Source: Mustelus asterias (Eukaryota). From it: 64,000 nt of DNA. Below, one piece after another: positions 12,331 through 25,487 of this stretch (position 1 is its first letter; every line of letters begins with the position of its first letter). Below the pieces are notes generated by a model, which saw only the letters and a list, made by a program, of their open reading frames with translations, did not search any database and was not told the DNA's origin. A program made the translations under genes and the position numbers. The stretch is from positions 99,820,001-99,884,000 of the forward strand of contig NC_135811.1 in NCBI RefSeq assembly GCF_964213995.1, written 5' to 3'.

Positions 12331-13459
12331 TTTAAAGTTACGGTGCAAAACTTAGTTCAACTTGGCCGCATTGTTATCTGTTCTAATTTCTTTAAAAATA
12401 GACCACTATGAATGAGACAAAGGAAGGCGACCTTGAATCTCCCAAGAGTTTCACATGAAGATGAACTTCATTAATGCCGTGCATTTAAACAGGCTTTCTT
12501 AGACATAAACTGTACTCAAATTCTCCAGGACTAAACATAAAAACTCCAGTCAACCTAACAATTCACGACTTATGTAGCCCGATAAAGCTTAGCTTATTGA
12601 TTCCCTGTTTCAAATCAGAAGTTCCAGCTGTTAGGTAACAGTCCCATGTCACAAATCAGATACTGTTTATGTAATTAGATTACCAATTATTCACGGTGGC
12701 CAGCCACAAAAAAAACCAGTATTCATAATTTAGGAATTTGATCAGTCTGTAATTTCAGTTAACGTCAGTTACTCTATCTAATTCAATTGAGACCCAAAAA
12801 CCGAGAGACTCAGATTTCAAAACAGCATAGACATATGAAAATATAAAACAACATGTGCAATACGACCTCCTCTTTAAATGCTTCCCGTAGACTCTTGTTA
12901 TTTCCAAAGTCGTCCTCCTTTTTATACCTTTGAGTGGTAGCTTCAGTTATTGCCAATTAAGGAAAATGTCATTTGTTATCCTAAGTGTTTTTCTTCAATC
13001 TGTCCTTGAGATATGGCTGACCACTGTGTTCCCACTGTATCATACATTGTGTTCCTACAATATCTTACATTGTCTTATAGTTTCAGTAGATGTTTATTTA
13101 ATTGCAACATTGTTCTCAGTGACGAATCCACACTTTTAACAGTTTCAGCAATTATGCTCAGTACAGTAGCCAGTACTAAATCATAACAGACTTGAAGGTT
13201 GACTTTAACCAGGACAGTAATTGGATGCTGCAACTGAATTCATCATCTCTGATTTGGAAGAGAAAATGTAAACCACGTTTCTCCCTCCTGACTGTTCTCT
13301 GTGATATCTGCGTGGGTGGTCATTGAGTTGGATGTGCTATAATGGCCTTCCGAAACTTTCTGCTTATCTTGTAAATTTTACCTTGCAACTGCAAAGCTCC
13401 ATGGAGATAAAAAGTACCCTGAGGTTAAAAATTTCATCCAAAAGATAGCATCTTTGACA

Positions 13460-13930
13460 GAGCAATACTATCTGAGTACTGCTGATGAATTTGACTGCTT
13501 TGTTGCCAGGGCGCTTTCAATGCCATTGTGCGTGCTGGCAATAGCCTCTTGCACTTGTGGGAAATCTCAGATTTCTGCAAAACCCAACGCTCTTGTAGCC
13601 TGTCTTTCGGGATCCTGGCGGAATTGGAAAAAATTGGTGCACTGTTCTGAAGAGGGTGCCTGTCACCTCCCAGATGCACTTGTGTGTTGCTGACTGGGAG
13701 ATGCCTCAGAGGTTCCCAGTGGAGCCCTGGAAGGAGCCACTGGCAAAGAAGTTTAAGGCTGCGGTGACCTTTAAAACCACTGGCTTGGGATTGCCTCCAA
13801 GTCCTTTGTGGAAAAGCTTGGCAGATGTATCCAATCAAAGGTGCCTCCAGCATTATCTTTTGCTCGTCTGCAGACAGGTGCACCGCCTGTGATATACCTG
13901 TGGTTGGGCCAATGCTCACCGTTGCATTGG
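13460..13930 (-). pseudogene. PIF/Harbinger (HARBI1-like) transposase remnant
   Basis: Minus strand reads KVTAALNFFASGSFQGSTGNL*GISQSATHKCIWEVTGTLF...RALGFAEI*DFPQVQEAIASTH/ALKAP, with stops and frameshifts. Confidence 0.8.
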
Positions 13931-16344
13931 ACTCTGCTTGCTAGCATCCTGACCACCTTGAGGTCTCGCTGCCTCTTGCTGCTCAGACTGTTGTTCCTCC
14001 TGGCCCCGTGCCAAACTGCAACAGGTCGCCCTCCTCTCATCTCGATTAGAACCAGTAGAAAGGCAGTGTTGCCTAGAACTTGCATCCTCCAGCCCTCAGT
14101 GGATCAGTGAATCAACTGAAGTAATAAATGTAGTGAGCATGTTCTTTACAGGTTTTCCTCCATCTTGAAGTCACCAAATCAGTGCCTGGTTTCCACCTGG
14201 ATGTGGCATCCCTGACCGGCCCAGGTGAAGGACATCTGCAGGGCCAGAGATAGGTATTCCTCCCATTCATACATGACTGTGCATGGAGACATTGACCTTT
14301 GACCGGGTTGATGAGACCCATGTGTGAGAGCCCTTTATCTGACACCATTCAGCTTGTCTTTAGTACCCTCAAGGCTATTTTTAGCATTTTTGTGATAGAA
14401 CCATATCGAGGCAAAATATGATGCTACATTTGGCATTTCCTGCAATATAAGTGGTGGTCACCCTACTGAGAGTTGAATGGCACAGAAGCCCTTCAGAAAT
14501 GCTGCCCTCTAATGCTATCTGTAACCATTCTCAAGGTCAAATACATTTTCCAGGTTACAAGTCAGAGCCTGAATAAATCTGACAAGGATAGATACTATAA
14601 TTCGCATTTTTATTCGGAGTGACTTTGATGGTGATCTATGATCTGGAAATTTTTAATTATTCCAGCCTTTTTCATCTTCTCTGTCCACGCTGCACAAGAT
14701 CCCTGGCAACTGTGAGGTGATTGTCAACGTTACTGCTTGATTGATTGGAAGAGTTAGATTTGAATGGCAACCTTTTTCCAACACCCCCTTCCTCCCCCAC
14801 ATCTCCCACCCACCCCCCCAAAAACCAATCTGTTTCGCACACCAAAACGTACTATATAGTTAAGAGATAAGGTGGCTGTCAACTAAATCTGGGATTGAAA
14901 GTCAGTGCTTTCAGTCTTTAATAAGTTAGCATTTTAGCAGCAGGACCAGACCCAGCGACAATGACTAATATTTGCATGATCCCTTTTACACAGAACAAAA
15001 TATCCCAAGGTGCTTCACAGAGGCAGAAGGGAAATGGTTAGTGAATAAGAGCTTAGGATTGCTGACAACAGCTTGTTCAGAGAGGTGCATTTACAGCAAG
15101 GATTTAAAAAGTAGAGAGGGAGGTGGCGATTCCAGAGAGTAGGCTATAATTAACTGTATTACAAGGACTGTAATCTGTGTAAAGATGTGTTTGTGTTTTA
15201 AATAGAAAATGCGAGTTAATTGGCTTTTATACCATTATGTAATGGAGGTCAGTTGTGTCAAGGGTTTAGCTGCATATATTTAGACACAGCTGGAAAGCTA
15301 AGAATTGCTGGAGGTACAGAGGTAATGTACTGAGTTGGCTGCAGTCCTTGAGGTTTGTATTAATGGTGGCAAGACTGGGGGACCATTTTTAGTGCTTGGA
15401 ATCAGACTTTTATCAATGTTTGGCAGGTCCACTCCTGATACGACACTATGGCTTTCCTTAATATTTCCAGATGGGTGGTTATCTCACAGATAATCTTGAT
15501 TCAGAGTGTTGATGAATTATAAGCCATTAGATCCTGAAGCAGTGTAAATTAAGGTCATTGGTTATTTTTATATACATCCCTTGAACTTCTGTTAAACCTA
15601 TTAAACCAGAGTGACCTTCACTTGCTCGTTGTTGGTTAGCTTCAGAAGTAGTGCTGTACTTGTGTGTTCATTGGACCCAAGCTCAATACCCAGTTGTGAC
15701 TATTATTCAGACTTGATTATGTTAGCTTTCCAGGTTCCGTTGTCCTTGGTTGGGCTTAAATAGAGTTCTTGACAGCAATGGAGTGCTGCATCTTTGCAGC
15801 GAGGAAAAGCTAATAGGACTAGTCTTGTAAAAGTGATCACCTGTCAAGAGATTGACCTTGACAGCAGAATAAGAAGTCTGACCCAACATTTCCCATCCCT
15901 GTAGCTGACAAGAGAAAAAAAATGGCTTGAAAGTATAAATACACTAAACTTCTTGCGCAATCTGTAATACACATGAAATTTTGTCCTCTGGCTGGTAAAA
16001 TTGCCCAGTAACGAGGTGACCGTGGCAGCGAAAAGCAATAAAACATCAAGCTGACGGGGGAAATTCTTCCATTGTTTATCTGCAAGTACAGTACAAGTTT
16101 TCCTGGGCTACTCCCTCTTCAGATTTCTGCAACAGTAGAGTGCTAATAAATGCAAGTAAAACTCCCAGTTACTTATAATAAGGGGATTCTTACTTGACAC
16201 TGTAAATTCTAATTGTGCGTAGGCATTTGCTTTTGCCTTTCCTTTTGTTTTTATTTCGCTGTGGATCACCCTATCACCTTTCCTTTTGTTCTCCGCCCAC
16301 ACCCACATTCCCCTGCTTGTGTACTTGTTTACAACTTGTTTCAT

Positions 16345-16480
16345 CTTTAATCCTGTTGAAAACTCATCAACTTGAACCATTGACCCTGTTCCACTCTCCA
16401 TAGATGCAGACTGACCTGCTGAGCGTTTTCAACAGTTGCTGTTTTTATTGCAAATTTCCAGCATCTGTTGTATTGTGCTC
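16345..16480 (+). mobile_element. Degenerate PLE-like 3' end (second family)
   Basis: tctccatagatgcagactgacctgctgag...tttccagcatctg matches 26175-26255; the hammerhead-like region is decayed. Confidence 0.5.
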
Positions 16481-16489
16481 CTCTAGAGA

Positions 16490-16865
16490 GAGCAATACAG
16501 CGTGGAAACAGGCCCTTCGGCCCATACTGACCAATGACACCCTCACAGCTAGCCCCAGTTGCCTGCATTTGGCCCATATCTCTCTCATCCTTTCTCATCT
16601 ACGTACATATCCTAATGCTTTTTAAATGTTGCTATTGAACCTGCCTCAACCACTTTCTCTGGCAGCTCATTCCATACACGCACCACCCTCTGCATGAAGA
16701 AGTTGCCCCTCAGGTCCCTTTTAAATCTTTCCCCTCTCACCTTAAACCTATACCCTCTACTTATCTGTATTGAAATCCATTTGCCAATCCTCGGCCCACT
16801 TCCCTAACTGGTCAAGATTCCCTTGCAATTTCTGATAACCTACTTCGCTATCAACAATACCTCCT
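16490..16865 (-). mobile_element. CR1 LINE 3' fragment
   Basis: TACAGCGTGGAAACAGGCCCTTCGGCCC tail and reverse-complement ORF2 end, with an internal deletion. Confidence 0.75.
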
Positions 16866-17459
16866 ATTAATGGTTACTAAGCTTATTCAGTAATTCATAC
16901 TGTAAAAGAATCATTAAGGCAATCAGCAATGTGTAACAATCCCTAATAACAGTAACAGAAGGAATCTCATTTGCAAGTGTATTAGGAGACTGTTGTAGGA
17001 ACACAGAAATGCATGCCAAGGTTGGTCTAATTACACAGATTGCGCTGTTCCAAAGCATTGGCCAAAGTATTTGAAACAGCTTTCATTGCGTTGGAACTCA
17101 TCTTGTAATACCTACCTCCTGACTAAAATATGAGAAAAGCAATATCTGCACCTTGTGGACTTTGCATGCTGCCACAGATGTTCGAACTGAAATGAGCAGT
17201 CCATAAAAGTTTGCAATTTGGCAGCACTCTTTAGAGATACATAACCTCATTTCATTGTATCCTGTTATGCCAGAACTGGAGGCTGTGGTGCAGACCTACA
17301 GTGTGTCTGCTGGCTCTTGATATCACTCAGAGAGGGGTTACTCGGGAAAATAGCTTCAGCATGACTCCATGGGGTGGGGGGGGGTGGGTGATTACTTATT
17401 GAATATAATCTGAAACACATGAGGAGCAATTGCTACAAAATCTTAATGTTTCTTTAAAG

Positions 17460-17787
17460 CAGTGGTTCCCAAACTTTTTTCACTGGGCCGCACTTTCAGA
17501 ATAAAAATTTGCTCGCGCCACACCGAATTTTTTATTGATAGGAAATACATTCAAAAACAAAAAAAAGCAACTCCTAGCAGTGCTTGATCCATAACATAGA
17601 ACACGACTACTTTATAATATGATCATGGGACATCATCCTCAGCATCACTTGATGCTCTTGCTCTCACTTTGGAAAAATATCTATCCATGTTTAGATGTTT
17701 CTTTGATTGTCCTTGGATCTTCCCGCCACACTTGCCATCCTCTCTCGCCGCACCAGTGTGGCGCGCCGCACCCTTTGGGAACCACTG
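17460..17787. mobile_element. hAT (Charlie-type) MITE
   Basis: 14-bp TIR CAGTGGTTCCCAAA/TTTGGGAACCACTG; 8-bp TSD CTTTAAAG/CTTTAATG with central TA. Confidence 0.88.
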
Positions 17788-17868
17788 CTTTAATGTCAAA
17801 TTCTTTCTTCAGACTTTGGAGAAATAGTGAAGCTTTTAACAAATGATTTTTTAAAAAAAACTTATTGT

Positions 17869-18002
17869 CTGGAATGTTACGGCCATTCACACCAGTGGGA
17901 TTTTCCCATCCTGCTTCAGTGAACGGAGATTGGGCTGGACGCCAAATTCTCTGACTTCGCTGCAGCAGGAGCATGGCACGAACGGCCAGTAAGATTGCGT
18001 CC
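17869..18002. mobile_element. ~135-bp MITE (copy 2)
   Basis: Similar to 7833-7967. Confidence 0.7.
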
Positions 18003-18540
18003 ATGTCCAAGGAAGCCACAGGTTTTCCTTCTTGCGTGAGGCCTGTTCACGCGATTTTACCACCAGAGTTTCCCTTATGACTGAGTAGATGAAGTCACTG
18101 TGCAGCGTATCACTTAGCCATTTGTGTCAGCCTTGGCTTTGTGGTCGTACTGTTGCCTCTGCGTCCTATTCGATAAAGACCCGTGCCTGACAGAGGAACA
18201 ACAGAATAGTGACACTGTGATTATTTGGCTATAAAAAAAAATTTTCAAAGCTAAAGATAGTGAAAACATAAACTTTGACATACTTTCCCAACTGTGAAAA
18301 TCTTTCATCTTCTGTGTATTTCATTAACAGGCCAATCTTATATATAGATAAGCATGCAGTTGAATACTATGTAATATATGTAACCTAGTTGTAAGATATT
18401 TTGGATTTAGACTTCTGTATATTGTAAATAAACATACATTTGTAAATGCACTGCAGTCCATCAGTATTCAGTTTCATTCATTGACATCCAAATTCAATTT
18501 GACCAAAATCCTGTCATTCAAATTAGAAGGCCGTGGAAAT

Positions 18541-19218
18541 CATAAGAACTGGGAGCAGAAGTGGGCAATTCAGTCCCTTGAGCCTAATACAATCATGACT
18601 TATCTCACCTCAATCTCAACTCCACCTCCCTGACTGCTCACCATAGCCCTTACTAAGTAAAAACCTGTGCAACTTGTCCTTAAATTTACTCAAAGTCCCG
18701 GCATCCACCATTCTCTGGGTAGTGACTGATGACCACAGACTGATGACCCTTTGAGGGAAGTCACTTTATAGAATAGAATCCCTACAGTGCAGAAGGAGGC
18801 CATTCCGACCCATCGAGTCTGCATCGAACTCAATCCCACCCAGGCCTTATTTCCGTAACCCGACATACTTACCCTGCCACTCCCCCTGACACTAGGATCA
18901 ATTTAGCATGGCCAATCAACCTAACCCGCAACATCTTTGGACTCTGGGAGGAAACCGGAGCACCTGAAGGAAACCTATACAGAGACGGGGAGAATGTGCA
19001 AACTGCACACAGACAGAGACCGGAATTGAACCCGGGTCCCCCCTGGTGCTGTGAGTGCTAACCACTGTGCCACCGTGCTGCCCTTCATATCTGTTTTAAA
19101 TCTGCCACCCCTTATCCAAAACCATGATCTCTTATTCTAGATTGCCCGGCAAGAGGAAACATCTTTTCCACATCGACTTTGTCAATCCCCCCTTCGCATC
19201 TTGTACACCTCAATTAGA
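18541..19218 (-). mobile_element. CR1 3' fragment with nested V-SINE
   Basis: CATAAGAAC...GGAGCAGAAG tail; CR1 sequence resumes at ~19084 after the SINE. Confidence 0.7.
18768..19083 (-). mobile_element. V-SINE (HE1-like), tail A
   Basis: Reverse complement of a full SINE. Confidence 0.9.
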
Positions 19219-20448
19219 TAATGATTTCTGCCACCCTGCTTCCATCTCTTAAATCAACAAAAATGATGCAATTTAAAAGTTATATGAACGATATTTTGTC
19301 CTGTATGGATCAACTGGTAAAGCCAACATAGAACTGAAGCATTAAAAACCCAATAGTCCAAGTTCAATTTCTGGGTTTGTTCTAAATTAGCTGTTGCTTT
19401 CTTGAGGCTTGAAGAGCAGAAGCAGCCAAGGTTCCCAGTCTTGATTTGCTATCAGCAGATTCCCTACTTGGAAAACACATAACTGAATGTTGGGTAAGAA
19501 CAGGACTAGGTTTGGCTGTGATAGTACTTGCAATCAAACACCCTGCTGAAGGCTCATAAAGAAATAGATACTTGATTGGGGCACCAAGGACTGCAGACAG
19601 CTGTGGTACTGCACCAGTGCAAGGGTTTCTTCCTTTAGAAGAGATCAGGAAAAAAAAGATGAAGGTGAACCGATTTAAAAAGTACATCGCAACTGTTTCT
19701 GCTGCAACTGTGATACCGTTTGTAGCTGTGGGCCCAAAAGGCTAACAATCAAGGTTTAAAATATGCAAGAGCGTGAAGGAAAAATTTGGCAGTGGAATGA
19801 ACTGACGGTATGCATTATGCTGAGCAGCTGAAAAATTCATACTCTGGTAACATTTCATGTCTGTTTAGGTGTCGAATTTGAATTTGGGGTTTAGGCCTGG
19901 AGCAGTGAATTGTATACAATGGGAGCTAATGGGAAACTTTTTCGAATAGTGAAAATATTTGTTTTGGTAAGAATTATGCTTGGATCAGCTTGATAATTAT
20001 TTGAGATGTTTATATACATTGATGCAATAGGAACGTCACCATAATTTATCAGTAACCATGTTGAATGCATTGTGTACAGACAGCTGCCAAATATATTTAC
20101 ACGGATCTGCTCCTATCAACAGTACACTTAGAAACAGCTGTCTGTAATGAGGCCAATGTACTTTGGAAGTATAGTGAGGATTGCAGTGGCTGCACAGATA
20201 TTAGTGCCAATCTTCCAGATTCATGCTGCAGGTGGAAGTTGTTGCCTTCCAGCTGCACACACTGGGGAATCACGTGTGCTGGCCACACTTGCCTGACCTC
20301 TATGACACATGGGCAGTGCTCCTTACTGGCTGTGCAAGCTCAGCGAATCGGCCGTTGTGAGTCATGTGATACTTGCTGGAGCCTCCCTTTTTCCCAATAT
20401 AGGGTTCAAGCATTCTTGTATCCAAATGGTTGGGAGAGTACAGGGAGC

Positions 20449-20760
20449 GGCAACAACGACTTTCATTTCTAAAGCACCTTTAACATAGTTAAAGTTCCAA
20501 GGTACTTCCAGGGAGCATTATCAGGCAGAGGATTAACATGTGTTACATGGGAAATATTAGGAGAGATGGTTAAAAGCTTGGTCAAAGAGGCAGGTTTTAA
20601 GGAGCATCTTAAAGGAGGAGAGAGAGGCGAGAGAGGTTTAAGGAGTAAATTCTGGAGCTTGGAGTCTATACAGCTGAAGGTCCAGTGGTGTGCAAAGGAA
20701 ATTGGGAATGAACAAGAGGCCAGAGTTGGAGGAGTGCAGAATTCTCAGAGGGCGAATGCT
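20449..20760 (-). mobile_element. L2-type LINE 3' fragment
   Basis: catttctaaagcacctttaaca...aaagcttggtcaaagaggcaggttttaaggagcatcttaaagg; related pieces near 14970-15145 and 62660-62935. Confidence 0.6.
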
Positions 20761-22719
20761 CAGCTCCCTTATCGGCTGCTCTCGTGTATATTAATAATCC
20801 AATCCAATTTTCCTGAGAGCATGACTTGTCAAGTTTCCATTTATAAGTGAAATTATATTCTCTCACCTTTGTCAGTGGGAATCCAGCTTCCATTAAGAAT
20901 AACGAGAGGAGGTAAAATAAACAGGGGTATTTAGTGCACTCAGACCCCAGGTTGCTTCTCAAGAACGCTTAGCACAGTATAAGAGCCTCTTGAGACAGTA
21001 TATGCTTAGAGAATGCAGATGCACTAGACCCAGGTCATGTTGTTGACTACAGCAAGATACACCCAGGTGCAGAGCTCTACCCACTGATGTTCATTTATGT
21101 TTTTTTAACGTAACCCAGTGTAACAAAAGCAGCCAGACCATTTGTTAAAACTGAAAGGTTTAGAAAAGCTCCCGAGCAGTTCAGAAATCACCCGGATCAG
21201 CTCACATTGCAGCACCTAGATGTTAAAGTGTAGCTGATACAAAAACAAAACTAACCAACTTCGCTTCCAAGCTATACCACACAATGTGCCGGATTATGAA
21301 ACTAAAACTCCTACACATCAACACTGTATAGTATAACTGGCTTGTTTATTCTGAAACTCAATATTGGGCTGTCTCCTTCAGCACTGACACTGCTAAAAAC
21401 AGCTTCGTAGCTCAGAGGATAAATCTGCCAAGCTGCTTAGTCTTCCACCTCTTCACCTCCTTTAAGACCTTTCTTAAAACCGACTGAGATCTATCCGTTA
21501 GACACCTTTCCTAATCTTCTTAATTTACCATCCATTTTTCCTCATGCCTCTTGGGAAGCAGCTTGGGATCTATTTCCACATTAACGGTGCCATATCAATG
21601 TAAGCAGTTGTCATTTGATGTTTGGAATGCCATTACAGGCTTAATTGATTGCTAATTTTATATATTTGTGCCTTGATAAATTTCCAAATCAAGCTCACGT
21701 TAGTTAGCATTTGAAAACAAACTTTATTGTTAGTACAATTGTTATTTTAAAATAACCAATGCACGTCATATTGCTGGACAAGCACTCAGCAGGATCTGTA
21801 CTTTCTTGAAGGGAAATGGGGCTCATTGATCTGTCAACAGCAGCAGCCCAGAACACGGAGGAATTTCTAAACCTAGTATCAGGTTGGTGAACAGTATCGG
21901 TGCAACTGGATTAATTGTAGATGGGCTTCCTACTTGCCGCTCATAACTTATGGAGCAGGATAAAATAATAGGAGGAAAAATGTTGTAACCATGAGTGGCA
22001 AAAAGCCAGAAGAAATATAGGAATTTTGGCCGGGCAGGTGTTTTACTCCCTAAAATTTCCAGCGTCCCTTCCGCAGGTGTTAATCTCTGTTAAATTACAG
22101 TAGAGAAAGAATTTCAAGCTTTTTCCCACATAATTGCAACACATATCTTTACAAGTAACTTATAGCGGCAGAAAAATGGTGCAGAAGCTTTTTGCACTTA
22201 TTTTTGCTTCAAAATCTCCTTACACTTGTTGGCTCTTCCCATCATCTGCCCACTAGTCTTGAGTGACTTTATTTGGGCATTTGTTTTAATGAGCGTACAT
22301 TTCTGAGGGTGTTTGGGGGGGCGGGGTGGTTGTGTGTGCTTTTACATTCTCAAAGCACTTGGGGTAATGTAAAATGAGAACTAAAAGTCATAGCTATTTC
22401 CCACTTCAACTCAGGCAGTTGGAGCTGAGGCATTTCTGGGCCTGAAGAGTGTGAAAAGCTCCAGTTGGAAAGTTTGCTGTTCTGCCTGTGCACACCTGTA
22501 TTTCTCATTACTAGTGGCAGGGTAAAAGCATTGGAAGGTTTGTACCCTTCACCTACAGCGAGGGCTTCTCACTGGCAGGTTTGGCATTCCCGAGGGGATA
22601 ACCCTTTATCGTGATAGGCAAGCAGCGCAAGAGAGTCAGGAAACCTCTTGTGGTTTAAGGTGTATACAGACCACATACACCAACTTTCAATCTTACATAT
22701 GTGCAATATTGGGTCATAT

Positions 22720-23600
22720 GAGGATCTTAGCAAGAGTGCAGTGTATTGTGATTCGTGCTGCAACGCGCATGCATTTGTCAAGCGACTGATGCACTTTGCG
22801 GAAGAGCTGGCTAATTCAACACCTTTGGCATTACATGGCAGCAGCGATATGGGGCCATCGAGCTTTACGAGGTTGCTGGCTTTCCCAAGGTCCAGAATGC
22901 AATCGATGATGCTTATGTTGCTCTGTGAGCTGGTGCAGACAACCCACTCATCAGGAATTGCTCCTACTCCCTCATAGCACAAATTATGTGTGACATTTGG
23001 ATGGCACAGTGATTAGCACTGCTGCCCCACAGTGCCAAGGACTCGGGTTTGATTCCAGCCTTGGGTGACTGTGTGGGTTTCCTGCGGGTGCTCCGGTTTC
23101 CTCCCACAATCCAAAGATGTGCGGGTTAGGTGGATTGGCCGGACTAAATTGGCCCTTGTCATCAGGGGGATTGGCAGGGTAAATGCGTGGGGATGGGTGG
23201 GTTTGTTGTAGCATCAGGCCTGATGGGCCGAATGACCTCTGTCTGTACAGTAGGGATTCTATGAATTCTATGAACATGTAAAGAATTCCAATTGTTGACA
23301 CCAGATATTATGGAAGCTGTCATTCTTCCTTCAAAATCCAGTCCTCCCTGACCTCCTCAAGGAACAAAATCAGATCAGTAGATGACTTGTAAGTGGCAAA
23401 GCCAACTACATTCCCATGTGGAATGAACCCACTAAGGATGTCCTGTACAGCAGCAGAGGAGTTCTACAGTCCTAGATGCCATTACTAGATTGGTGATGAA
23501 GAAAACTATCAGGCTCTTAAGCTGATGCGTTTCCTGCATAGACAGATCGGAGAGGTTCTACACCCATGTTCCAGATTGTGCTACATGTAATTATGATTGA
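22720..23600 (+). pseudogene. PIF/Harbinger transposase remnant interrupted by a V-SINE
   Basis: Reads ELYEVAGFPKVQNAIDDAYVAL*A, then after the SINE VDTRYYGSCHSSF and AITRLVMKKTIRLL..MRF, following the order of the Harbinger DDE domain. Confidence 0.7.
23001..23273 (+). mobile_element. V-SINE, tail A, internal deletions
   Basis: Head, partial V-domain, tail GGGATTCTATGAATTCTATGA. Confidence 0.85.
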
Positions 23601-23619
23601 ATTGATGCTATCCGCACAT

Positions 23620-23928
23620 TAAAGTAAAGTTTATTTATTAGTCACAAGTAGGGTTGCATTAACACTGCAATGAAGTTACTGTGAAAATCCCCTAGTCACC
23701 ACACTCCGGTGCCTGTTTGGGTACACTGAGGGAGAATTTAGTATGGCCAATGCACCTAACCAGCACGTCTTTCGGACTGTGGGAGGAAACCGGAACACGC
23801 GGAGGAAATCCAGGTAGATAAGGGGAGACCGTGCAGACCCCACACAAACAGTGACCCAGACCAGGAATCGAACCCCAGTTCCTGGTGTCTGTGAGGCAGC
23901 AGTGCTAACCACTGTGCCACCGTGCCGC
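23620..23928 (-). mobile_element. V-SINE, tail B
   Basis: Reverse complement of a full SINE. Confidence 0.9.
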
Positions 23929-24694
23929 CATCTTGGCTTGGTTATATAAAAATGACTGGACTTTAGACATTGCTGATGAGATAACCCTAGTGACTACTGC
24001 AATTGGCATCAGAGCACATCTCATCACTGAAGTCATCTTTTCTGTGTAATTTTTGACACTTCCCTCTGTCAGGAAACAGAGGTAATTTTAAGTAAATTAT
24101 ATTTATATTTGTGGGTATTAGAAATAGGGTATAGCTTGTTCTGATCAAGTGTGGCTGTAATTGCCTTTCTTTTGCCTATTCTAATGCCTCTAGGTGCAAT
24201 CTCTGGGTCAGTATCTTGAGAAGTGCTTGTCTGATCATCTGTTATAAGGAGGTGCCTGGGACAGAGGCGGCTGTCTTAAGTCACAGCTGGCTGCATTCTT
24301 GAATCTTGTGCGGTGTGTAACCTGCTCTTGTCCCCCATATTTCACTGGAGTGATACTGAAAGCAACAGACGTTGTGTTTTTATAATGATAAAAAGTCATC
24401 GATCACTCTTAAGGGATTGAGTAACCACGTTGTGGGTTAATTTACTTAGACTAGGCACATGGGAACAGCTACACAAAGGTAGAAAACTTGAAGACATCAG
24501 CAGCAGAGCATGAGAAGTGTGTCATGTGATTGAGTCTCAGTTTCAGCTGTGTGTGCGCTGTGTTCTGCTCTCGCACAAGTGAAACTGAGACTGAATGACA
24601 TGACACATTTCCCTTACTAGTGATGGCATGCTGCAATCCATTAAAGGCATATTACAACAAGAGGTCCAGCTTATGCTGCCATAAAAATGGAGAG

Positions 24695-25013
24695 TCATGA
24701 TGAGGCACGATTGTTCTCTTCCTGTGGGGGAGCACTTCAGCGGTCACGGGCATTCGGCCTCTGATCTTCGGATAAGCGTTCTCCAAGGCGGCCTTCACGA
24801 CACACGACAGTGCAGAGTCGCTGTGCAGAAACTGATAGCCAAGTTCCGCACACATGAGGACGGCCTAAACCGGGATCTTGGGTTCATGTCACACGATCGG
24901 TAACCCCCAGATATCCACTCCATCTGACGAAGGAGCAGCGCTCTGAAAGCTAATGGCATTTGCTACCAAATAAACCTATTGGACTTTAACCTGGTGTTGT
25001 TAAAACTCTTACT
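24695..25013 (+). mobile_element. 5'-truncated Penelope-like element: GIY-YIG endonuclease C-terminus plus hammerhead-bearing end
   Basis: ORF SLPVGEHFSGHGHSASDLRISVLQGG...QKLIAKFRTHEDGLNRDLGFMSH (HF..H and GLN motifs); 14-bp TSD ATAAAAATGGAGAG at 24681-24694 and 25014-25027. Confidence 0.88.
24920..24956 (+). ncRNA. Minimal type I hammerhead ribozyme motif
   Basis: ccat-CTGACGA-a-GGAGC-agc-GCTCT-GAAA-GC-TA-atgg; stem I ccat/atgg fully paired. Confidence 0.75.
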
Positions 25014-25394
25014 ATAAAAATGGAGAGACAGCACTAATGAATAGATGAATCCCAGGTGTAGCCATTCCACTATTCCCTGGAGCTGTGTTCCCATTGATTT
25101 GCAGGATTGACCTCAAGAGAGAATCCCAATCATCCCTGGCCCTGTTCTTACCAAACTTACTATTCACACATTTACCAGCTGAAATGAAGGAGTGGAAACC
25201 GTCATTTGTTTTTACATATTAGAGTTCAGCTGTAGCACTGCAAGTTCTCAAAAAAAGAATTTCTGATTATATAGAAGTTAGCTGGTGATTTTTTAAAAAG
25301 AAGCTGAATATTTGCGTATCTTGTCGTCTTGAGTTCACTGCCTGAAGGCAGACCCAACTCATATCATGACGACCTCCATCATGGGTAGGACAAG

Positions 25395-25487
25395 GAAGCA
25401 GGTCAGTTGGAACAGGGATCAAACCCTGTGCTGTTGACACCAACCTGATCCATACCAGCCATCCAGCCAACTGAGCCAACTAGCCCC
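25395..25487 (-). mobile_element. tRNA-derived SINE head (not a functional tRNA)
   Basis: Minus strand has A-box TGGCTCAGTTGG and B-box-like GGTTTGATCCC, with no convincing cloverleaf. Confidence 0.5.
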
